NCBI RefSeq assembly: GCF_009914755.1
Contig: NC_060946.1
Origin: the human T2T-CHM13v2.0 reference genome, Homo sapiens
Strand: one strand, 5' to 3'
Length of the DNA stretch: 64,000 nt
The first letter of the stretch is position 1. Each line of letters starts with the position of its first letter. The translations under genes were made by a program, and so were the position numbers. This document shows, piece by piece, positions 54,260 through 64,000 of the stretch. The notes beneath the pieces were generated by a model, which saw only the letters and a list, made by a program, of their open reading frames with translations, made no database searches and had not been told where the DNA came from.

Positions 54260-54960
54260 TAAATCCTAAATTACACCCTACAACCTCTTGCTCAAAGCTT
54301 CCTATGATTCTCCATCTCAGGCAGGGTGGAAGTGAAAGCTTCACATGAGTCTATGAGGATCTGCAAGGTTGAGACCCCCATTTCCTGCACTCTTCTCCTC
54401 ATTCACTCTTCACCAGCCCTGGCTGTCCCTGGAGCACTCTTGACATCCCTCTGCCACGGGGCCTTGGTGTGGGCCATTCCTGCTGCCCAGGACAGTGTCC
54501 CTCCACTGTCCACATGGTTATTACAACCGCAAGTCCTTGCTGGAGGATCATCTCCGAGGGGCCTTCCCTGCTGCCCAGGACAGTGTCCCTCCACTGTCCA
54601 CATGGTTATTACAACCGCAAGTCCTTGCTGGAGGATCATCTCCGAGGGGCCTTCCCTGCTGCCCAGGACAGTGTCCCTCCACTGTCCACATGGTTATTAC
54701 AACCGCAAGTCCTTGCTGGAGGATCATCTCCGAGGGGCCTTCCCTGCCCTCCCGCTGTGCTGTCAACACCACCCCTCATTTCTTCTTGGCTCCTTCCCTT
54801 CATCGCGTATAACCTACTGATGCCCTATATAACTTGTCTTTCTATATTTTTGTGATTAATCTCCCTCCACTAGGATGTAAACTCCCTGAGGGCAAGGCAG
54901 TTTGTCTGTCAGCACTGAGAACAGTGCCTGGTTCATAAAATACCAGTATTTTAGACGTGG
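54260..54960 (+). mobile_element. L2 3' remnant containing an 88-bp triplication
   Basis: TCTCCCTCCACTAG.ATGTAAACTCC.TGAGGGCA.G..AGAACAGTGCCTGG. Confidence 0.7.
54479..54747. repeat. 88-bp tandem repeat, 3 identical copies
   Basis: TGCTGCCCAGGACAGTG starts at 54481, 54569, 54657. Confidence 0.98.
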
Positions 54961-55579
54961 ACACAGAATGTCACGCTATAGCCCCTTAGCAGCCTGTCGC
55001 AGGGGCACGGATCTCAGAGTTGGGGTTTGCAGCCCTGGATCCCGGAGCCTGGTCAGCCACCGTGACCTGTGTTACAACCGAAGTGTAGTTTTGGGGGAGT
55101 CAGGTCTCTACTGATGTTGTGGGAGTCATGTCTACACAGATAAACCAGATCCCACAGCCAACCTGGAGTCAGCTTCCCTGAATTGCATGCATTGTACATG
55201 GGAGAAAAGACAGAATCCAGAGCTAGACCAGAGATGAACAGGAGGAGGCAGAAAGACACGGAATTGGCTGCCATGCCTAGGAGGATCGCAACCCTGGAAA
55301 TGGGAGCAGACACCCAGCCCTGGTGAGTGCTGCCCTCTGTGGATGCCCCAATGCTTGGCATCGCCTGCTGGATGGGAAACCCTGGAAACACCTCTCGGAG
55401 CTCCCCCATGGCCCCTGGAGGCTGCCCAGGCAGTGAAGGCCCCTTCCCCACGCCAGGCCTGCAGGGAGCTAATTCCTAAAGAGGAGTTGAGGTGCTGTCA
55501 ATGGAGAGACCAAGCCAAGCAGTGTCCTTTTGACATTCGCAGCCACCCTTGGATCTGGTCCCGTCTCTCCCTCCCCAAT

Positions 55580-55960
55580 CCTACTTTATTGCCTCTCGCA
55601 AAATTATTTGCTTTATTCCCCGCTAAGAAACAAGGTAGCCAGGCTCCGTCGTAGGTGTGGGGAGGAGGGGGCAGTCATCTGGGTATATAAATGGCTTAAC
55701 GGCGCCTTTCCCACGCCTTCCTAACACGGAATTGAGGCCAATTAAATACCTGTTGTGTTGTGAAACACTCTCAGGATCATTCTGATTTTAAGTATTTATC
55801 AGGTCTTTTTAGGCCTCTCTGAGTAGCACTAAAATGAATAAGTTGCCCACGAGAGCACCATTCTGTGAGTTTCTGTGTTATAGCCCAAGACTCCTTGTTA
55901 GTGGGCTTTTAAATCGCTCTCTAAGCGCTGCCAGCAGCTGCCTGTCTGGAATAAAAAACC
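55580..55960 (+). promoter_or_regulatory. Candidate TATA-containing promoter/enhancer
   Basis: AGGTGTG 55653, TATATAAA 55684, TTTCCCACG 55707, CCAATTAAA 55738; repeat-free with retained CpGs. Confidence 0.35.
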
Positions 55961-56756
55961 TCAGGAAGGAGGAAGCCCCCGGCTGCACCACGGTTTCCTG
56001 GAGCGAGCCGGGCAGGGGGCAGGTGGGGGCAGCCATGGTGCTGGTACCTTGGTTTATGGACTTCTCAGAAGGGTTTGGACCTGCATGCAATGAGGACAGA
56101 AAAAAATGCTGCCAATCAGTCTCTTTCATGGTAGAGGCCATGTACATCAGGCTGGAACATAGATGGAGTGTGGCTAGGCCCCCAGTAAGGCTAATATACG
56201 GACTTGCTCACTGCCAGCCTCCATTTCCGGGGAATATTTAATTGTTTAGAGGAAGCGTCTTGCTTTAATATGACTCATCTCCGGAACACCATTTTGTGGA
56301 AACAGAAAGTGCTACCCATTTCCCCGGTCTCCATCTCACCACTGAGATGACCTGACAAGAGCTGTCTCCCAGGTGGGCTGTGGGGATGTGACTTGGACAG
56401 AGTCACATCTGTCCCCCGTGCCCAGGCCTAGTGTATTGGAGGCCACTCTGCGCGCACTCCCCCGAGCTTCTGAGGGTGGTCATGGTGATGGAGGCCAGAG
56501 TGAGGACCCGCAGGCCAGCAGTTTGGGATGAGAGGAGGGGACTCGGGGCTGCCATCAGACTGCAGTAGCCTGAGGAGGGGTCCAGGTGGGGCCTTCCCTT
56601 GACTTGAGCAATAGTTTCTAAATTGTGATGTGGGGAGCCTCTCAGAGCCCCGCGGAGATGGCAGGAAAGGGATGGGCATGAGTCTCAGATGCAAACCCCC
56701 TTCACAGCATTGGAGGAGAGATGCTGTCTGTTTCATCCACCATTGTATTTCCAATA

Positions 56757-57480
56757 CAATTGTTCTCCCTTCTCTTTTGTTTTTCTTTCCATGGTTTCAG
56801 TTACCCATAGTCAACCAAGACCCAAAAATATCAAATGGAAAATTCCAGCAATAAACAATGCATAAGTTTTAAATTGCAGACCATTCTGAATTGCATGCTT
56901 AAATTTCATGCTGTCTGCCCCATCTTGCCTGGACGAGAATCCTCCCTTCGTCCAGCATCTCCAGGCTGTGGGCGCTCCCACCCTCTCATCACTTGGTGGC
57001 CATCTGGGTTATCAGATCCACTCTTGTGGCTTCTGAGTGCTTATGTTCAAGGAACCCTTATTTCACTTAACCATGGCCCCAAAGCACTAGAGTAGTGATA
57101 CCAACAATTCAGGTACACCAAAGAGAAGCCGTAAAGTGCTTCCTTAAATGAAAAGGTGAAAGCTCTACACTTTATAAGGATATAAAATAATTGTTTGCTG
57201 AGGCTGCTAAGAACTAGGGTCAGAGGGAATCTTCTATTAAAGAAATTGTGAAGAAAGAAAAAGAAATTCATGCTAGTTTTGCTGTCACACCTCAAAATGC
57301 AAAAGTTACAGCCACAGAGCATGATACGGACTCAGTTAAAATGGGAAAGACAGGAAATCTGTGGCTGGAAGACGTGAACAATGTTCCCATGGGTGGCCGT
57401 CAGGTGCGGTGCTGTCTGAGATTTCAGGCATCTGCTGGGGGTCTGGGGATGTGCCCCCCACGGATAAGGGGGAGCTATTG
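56757..57480 (+). mobile_element. MER44 (Tigger7-derived, MER44C-sized) MITE
   Basis: ATGGTTTCAGTTACCC..AAATGGAAAATTCCAG.AATAAACAAT.CATAAGTTTTAAATTG..GGATAAGGGGG; TA on both sides. Confidence 0.9.
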
Positions 57481-57944
57481 TATATTGTGACAGTGTACAA
57501 TATCACATAGTGGCTGCTGAGTTAAAAAGTTAAAAAATAAAAAGGTTCTATTGTTTAAGGGCTTTTTTTGAAGCACGATGTTCGCAGTAAGCTGATGGTT
57601 CCTCCTGGATGGGCCAGGGGACAGTTTTTGAGGAACGGATATCCGTGGGTTTCTGCTCTGTCATGGGGGGTGGGTGGTCCTGAGAGCAGCTGGAGGCCCT
57701 GGGCCCCACCCTTGGAGGCTCCGGCCGAGGTGGCCTAGGGGAGAGTGTGCCTGGAAGCCCATCCTAGTTTGCCTTTCCCGCTGGGCACCCTTGGGTTCCT
57801 TCCCAAACAGCCTGTGGCCCTTCACGAGAGGGCGAGGCCAGGCAGGCCCCCTTCTGGATTCAGCGGTGAAATGTCCAGTCCTTTGGACGGCCACTGCAAG
57901 CCGGCGTTGGCCCCTTCAGTGGCTGCTGTGTCCTCACACCAGGA

Positions 57945-58375
57945 GCCACTCCTTGGAAAATGGCCACTGTAAGGAAGAACCACAACTGGTGGCTTCAAGC
58001 AACAGAAAGTTACTGTCTTAAAGTCCTGGAGGCCAGAAGTCCAGGCTCCAGGGGCAGGAGGGCTGTGCTCCCTGGGAATCCTGTGTGGAGGAGCCCTCCT
58101 GGCAGAGTCTGGCCATCTGTGGCACTCCTGGCTTGTGGCTGTGTGGCTCCAGTCTCTGCCTCCATCCTCACGTGGCTTCTTTTGTGGTCTCTCTCCACAT
58201 GGCTGTTCTCCTGGCAAAAACATGAGTCATCTTGGATTGGAGTTCACCTACTCCAGGACGACCTCACCTCAACTAATTCCATCTGTAGTGACCCTGCTTC
58301 CAAATCAGGCCACAGGCTGAGTCCCTCAACCTATCTTTTGTGGGGAGACACAATTCATCTTTAGGCTTTATAACA
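57945..58375 (-). mobile_element. MLT1C-like MaLR LTR
   Basis: GTGGCTT..AACAGAAA..CTGGAGGCCAGAAGTCC..CTCCAGTCTCTGCCTCC..GACACAATTCA..ATAACA. Confidence 0.8.
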
Positions 58376-58603
58376 TGCACTTTCCTCATAAAACTAATGC
58401 ATATTCTCAGAGTATTTTTCAAAGATGGAAAAAAGCATAAATACCCATAAACTTCTCCCAGATAATCAATAATAATATTTTTGGACAATATTGGAACATG
58501 CTTTATATATACTTCTGTTCCCTTTTACTTTTTTTTCACGCATTGAGAATTTCTCCATGTTGTCAAGTATTCTTCAAAAACAACCTTTAAAAAAACCCCA
58601 CAG

Positions 58604-58972
58604 ACACCGTGGAATACTACACAGCCATGAAAAAGAATGGAACCATGTCCTTCACAGCAACATGGATGCAGCTAGAAACTTTTATCCTAAGCAAATTAAT
58701 GCAGGAACAGAAAACCAAATACCACGTTTTCTCACTTGTAAGTGGGAGATAAACATTAGGTACAGATGGACACAAAGATGGGAAAAATAGATACTGGGGA
58801 CTCCTGGGGGCAAGGTAGAAAGAAAACTACCTATTGGGTACTATGCTCAGTACCTGGGTAACAGATTCACTCATGCTCCAAACCTCAGCATCACGCAATA
58901 TAACTTCATAACAAACCTGCACATGTACTCTCCAATTCTAAAATAAAAGTTGAAAAAAAGAAGAGAAAAAGA
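58604..58972 (+). mobile_element. 5'-truncated L1PA15-17-like 3' end
   Basis: GGAATACTAC.CAGCCAT.AAAAAGAA..CAGGAACAGAAAACCAAATACC..ACAAACCTGCACATGTAC..AATAAAAGTTGAAAAAAA. Confidence 0.9.
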
Positions 58973-60179
58973 AATTCACAGAGTAAAAGTACAAATCGTC
59001 AATACACATAAGTAAAAGTGCACAATGTCACTAATAATGGAGAAATATAGATATGAAAATATTTGAGTCATTAAATTGGTAAACATTCATTGATACTTTC
59101 CTCTATAATTAAGGATGTGAGTAAATAGCAACTTCTGCATAATGATGATGGAAATATTAATTGGTGAATCCCTTTTGGAGCTCAATTTTTAAATTTTTAT
59201 CAAAAATATTAAGCATTGGTACTATTCACATAAGTATTATAATTTTAGGAATTAATCATTAAAGAAGAAATAAAAATCCTCATTAACGCACCAAAAAGAT
59301 GAAGATGTAGGTCTGCCAGGCTCAGCACTGCGGACAATATCATGTGAATCGGATATGAGTGTTTCCCAGAGGAAAGCATGTACTCCATGCCTTCCCTCCC
59401 TGCTGCCGAGGACCTGAGGTCACGTCCTCTTTGCTGTGCCCCTGACTGCCCCGTGCAGCACCCCCAGCCCGCAGCCCCCACTTCACTTGAGGTTTCTGTG
59501 TCTGCCTGTCTCCCTAGACCCTGTTGTTCAGGAGGGAATCAGCAGCCACAGCTCACAGCTCTGAGTTCTGACCATCCAGCCAGGGACCACCTGGGCCGGT
59601 GCCCGTGGAGGCTGCAGGAACGACAGACAGAAAGCACGCCGGGCAGCCTGACTTGCTTCTAGGAAGGGGCTGATTGGCTATTGTGCTCGGTGGTGGCTCC
59701 CCCGCCCTGGAGCTCGGCTGCTCCCTGGGAGGCTCCTGTCTGCCGGCACTGAGTGGGGCCGAGGCACCCTGCGGAGGCAGATGGGCTGGGGGTGTTGATT
59801 TGACCTAACGAGCTGCAGGGATTGCCCCGAAACATGGTCTTTTCTTTCTGACATAAACACAATCTGTTTCCCCAGAAGTGCTGCCATAAACAGACACCAG
59901 GCATCCCAACCAAGTCCACAACACGCTCCAGATACTGTGCCACTTGAGCTCCTTTCCAAGGATTTCTGGAAACATGGAGCAGAGAGGGCCCATCAGGGGA
60001 CCTTGCACAGCTGTGCACCTGCTGCACGGCTCTGCCCCACACGCACCCCCTTCCCATGTCCTGTGCCAGCATCTGATCCCGCCGGCCCCCTCAGAACCGC
60101 AGGTGAAGCACACCATTCTGTCCCACACACAACTCAGATTTTGGAGGCCAGGACTCTGCTTCTCTCAGTCTGCGTCTGC

Positions 60180-60310
60180 CAGGCACAACATCATAAGCCA
60201 AGCACCTTTGTGAAGAGACAGAAGTTCAGAGAGGTCAAGTCACTGCCTGAAGATCACACAGATAGAAGGTGGTGGAGAAAGGGTCAACCTAGGAGTTTTT
60301 GCTTCCTTGA
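60180..60310 (-). mobile_element. MIR fragment
   Basis: TTCAGAGAGGTCAAGTCACTGCCTGAAGATCACACAG. Confidence 0.6.
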
Positions 60311-60429
60311 GTCCTTAGTGTGAATCAAAGAGGTCATCCAGCCCGGGGCTTTTCTCACTGAAGACACTTCCAGATCTTTCTAGAAAAAGTGCAGAGGCTG
60401 TGTGCACAGTTCTTTGCCTTTTCCCTGTG

Positions 60430-60570
60430 CGGCATTATCCATTTTCCTCATTAAGTCTTAGCCTATTAATAACCAGCCATTTGTCTTAATTCAATAAAAA
60501 GATGATTGATCATATTTGCAACGGTTTCATCGAACCCCTGAAGGTGATGGATGGGTCCTGCAATGAGGAA
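60430..60570. promoter_or_regulatory. Candidate PBX-HOX enhancer
   Basis: TGATTGAT 60503 and TGATGGATGG 60545 among several TAAT cores. Confidence 0.4.
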
Positions 60571-61307
60571 GCCTCCAGAAAAGCCACGTCCTTGTGCTCA
60601 CTTCAGAAGCGGCTGCTTCTCTCTCTGTCTCACCAAACACTTGGGACAGAATTTATTTTTTAAAATATACATTTAGTATCCTCGAGGATCAATGCAGAGA
60701 AACACTTTTCCTTGACATACTGGTTCTGAATCTTGCATCTCAGGATTAGAGGCTGAATTGGGGTCGATTTCCATGGAGGGGCACTTTAGTTTACCTTTCA
60801 TTACATTTAGTTATGAGCCGCAGAACCACGTGTGTGCGCGCGTGTGTGTGTGTGTGTTCCTGGGAAGAGGGGGTGGTTGTTTATGTCTTAGAGATGAGAA
60901 AATGAGGCCTCAGCTGGCGATGAGTGAAGCTGGACTCACCTAGAGTCTAAATGCAATGTCCTTCCTGGTCGCTGGTGGAGGAGGTGATCCTACAGGAGCT
61001 GCTTCCGCAGGGGACACGTCCTGATGCATGCACCTGCGCCCACACCTGCTCATCAGCCCCACACCCTCCTGAGGGAGGCTGCCCACAAGCCCGTGGCCTA
61101 CACTCCTGTGCCGACAGGCCCCCTACATCGTGGGACCGGGGCTCCTCACCAGGCATCTCCAGGCCTCCTGATTTGACCCAGTCCGGCCCACACAGCCCCC
61201 TCTGGCTTCCCACCTTATGCCTGCGCTCTGTTGGACCTATGTGCCCCTCCAGAACCCTCCATTCCTGGGGCTCTACTCACGACACTTCACAGCCCCTTCA
61301 GGGCATC

Positions 61308-61673
61308 TGCTATGGGCTGAGTGTGTGTGTCCTGCAGTTTCACATGTTGAAACCTAATCCTTAATGCAATGGTATTAAATAGTATTAAAAGGTGGGGCCC
61401 TTGGGAGGTGATTAGGTCCTGAGGGTGGAACACTGGTGAATGAGGAGAGTGCCCTTTTAAAAGAGTTCTGAGGGAGATCCCTCAGCCCTCTACCAGGCGG
61501 GGACACAGCAAAGAGGTGCCGTCTATGAATCAGGAAGCGGCCCTCACCAGACGTTCTGCTGGAGCCTTGCTCTTGGACTTCTAGCCTCCAGAACTGTGGG
61601 AAACCAATGGCTGTTGTTCATCGGCCCCTAAGTCTATGGCATTTTGTCATGGGAGCCCCAACAGTCGAAGACA
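61308..61673 (+). mobile_element. MLT1A0-like MaLR LTR
   Basis: TGCTATGG.CTGA.TGT..ATGTTGAAACCTAATCC..GGTGGGGCC.TTGGGAGGTGATTAGGTC..CTTGGACTTC.AGCCTCCAGAACTGTG..AAGACA. Confidence 0.88.
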
Positions 61674-62039
61674 GCCTGCGATGGGCCGGTCATTCCTTCC
61701 CTCTTAGAGGTGTAGATCTTGTTTGTGTCTTAGAGATGTGTCTTAGAAGTCCCTGGGCTGAGGATTCCAGGAACCACAGTGCCTCAACTTCAGCAAACGG
61801 CACACACCCGGCCACCCACCCATCCCTGGCCCTCTCCTTTCCTCTGCCTGCCTCCAGGTCTGGTCAGGGGGTCATGCTGGCCGGCCCACTGTGGTAGCCC
61901 CATTCACCATGCCAAAACCAAAATGTCGAGAGGTCAGAAGGGACAGCAGTGAGGCCGACCTGGAGCAGGCTCTGCCTTCTGGGCCTCCTGCGTAGTTTCT
62001 CTTGGCCAGGTCCCTCGTCGCGGGAGGACATTACGAACA

Positions 62040-62205
62040 CGCCTCCTTTGAAACATCACCTGAAGACTGAATCATTTCGTCCCTTATTTTAGCCAATATC
62101 TCAAAACCCTGGAAAAGAGTTCTAATCAATAGGCTGTGAGGATGATGAAAACCTATTACCAGGAAAGAAACACATTATTAGGGAGATCAAAGGATAATAG
62201 GGCTC
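62040..62205. promoter_or_regulatory. Candidate TCF/LEF element
   Basis: CCTTTGAA 62045 and AGATCAAAGG 62184. Confidence 0.3.
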
Positions 62206-63036
62206 TAAGCAGAAGAGGTGGGGGGTGTCCGGGCCTCACCGGGTTGATGTGGATGAGTGAGCCCTGTTCTTTTCTTCCTTTGAGAGGATCACATGTTTAA
62301 GTGGACTCTCTTTTATGTACATTTTCTTCCATTTATGTCTCTGAAGATGAAATCAAGAATTTTCATTACATTATGTATATGCAAGTCTGTAGAACCCATA
62401 AGCATAAGAACATCGGAGTGGATTTTTTTGTTTGCTTCTTTTGTTTTTTGCCTTTTGGCTCACAGATGTGTGAGGACGTCTGCCTGCCTTCCAGAGCTCT
62501 GTGCGTGAGGACACAGGGACAGACCCAGCCGTTCTGCATGGCTGCACCCTGATGGCGTCCACTCCACATCCTCCAGAGTGTGGAGGGAACAGGGTGGGCC
62601 AGCAGCAACCCCATACTCAGAGCGTGCTGTGCCAGGGTCTTCCTCCTGGCTCTCCCATGCAGCTCCATCCCACAGCCTCAAAACTAGGGATTCTCAAAAG
62701 CCCCCCGCAGGATCTAGAGATAAGCAAGCTTGGGTCTTCCTTGTTCCTGAAGGAGGGGTGCAGAATTCACGTCAGAACTGGGCTTCTCAGCCCATCAGCT
62801 TGAGCTCCTGGTAGAAGACTTCAGACCCCAGATCACCAAATTCTAGGAGGGGTTGGGGTGGGAATATCGATTAACGGAGGACAGGAAGAGGAAGGAGGCC
62901 TCATCTTCCCTGAGAGATTGGACAGGGTTTGCCAGAGAAGGGGATGCTTTCTAGAACACTGAGCAGGGAAACAGAGTTCTGGAGGGAGGAATGAATTTCC
63001 AGGTTCACCACCTGGGCCATGGCTGGACTGATGCTT

Positions 63037-63553
<517 letters not shown>

Positions 63554-63773
63554 ACCTGTGGCTGCTACGCCCAGCTCTTCGTCTCACCGGTCGTTCATTT
63601 ATTCACAAATGAACTCATTTGCTTACAAAAGTTCTATAATTTGCTAGGCACAGGGCCAGATTGGGGAGGAAGGCGGGGTCCCTCTCCCTGCTTACGTTCT
63701 GCTGTTGATGGTCCATCAGAGCATTTGTCTCTCACTGTGCATTACACATCAGGATCACCTGGAGGTCTTGTGC

Positions 63774-64000
63774 TGTTGGCAGGACAATGGGCTTCCAAAA
63801 ATGTCCAAGTCCTAATCCCTGGATCTTGTGAACATGTGACCTTACGTAGCAAAGGGGACTTTGCAGATGTGATTCAGTCAAGGACTTTGAGATGGGAAGA
63901 TTACCCGGGTGCGCCCACCCTAATCACACGGGTCCTTACGTGGGTCAGATGACGATGTGACAATGGAAGGTCAGAAGACGCGAGGCTGCTGGCTTTGAAG
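63774..64000 (+). mobile_element. MLT1D-like MaLR LTR, cut by the window end
   Basis: ATGTCCA.GTCCTAATCCCTGGA..TGTGAA.ATGT.ACCTTAC..CAAAGGGGACTTTGCAGATGTGATT. Confidence 0.85.

Overview
Primate (very probably human) non-coding genomic DNA from a GC-rich region. I find no credible protein-coding exon, rRNA, tRNA or CRISPR array; the supplied ORFs are chance ORFs or come from Alus, LTRs and tandem repeats. About half the window is recognisable transposon sequence: about 15 Alus, L1 and L2 remnants, MIRs, MaLR/ERVL/ERV1 solo LTRs, hAT and Tigger MITEs, and a complete non-coding MER4A1/MER4-int provirus (19470-27005) inside a four-level, ~10 kb nest that splits one MER21 LTR. Several minisatellites arose inside old transposons (41/42, 52, 68, 78 and 88 bp units); 27 and 55 bp arrays are also present. 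Other notable structures are a PATRR-like AT-rich palindrome cluster and a series of repeat-free AT-rich islands dense in homeodomain/PBX-HOX/TCF/FOX/T-box motifs that look like a developmental enhancer landscape. Repeat family names come from recalled consensus sequences, not a search; subfamily calls and all regulatory calls need confirmation. I cannot name the locus and do not claim a new biological system.
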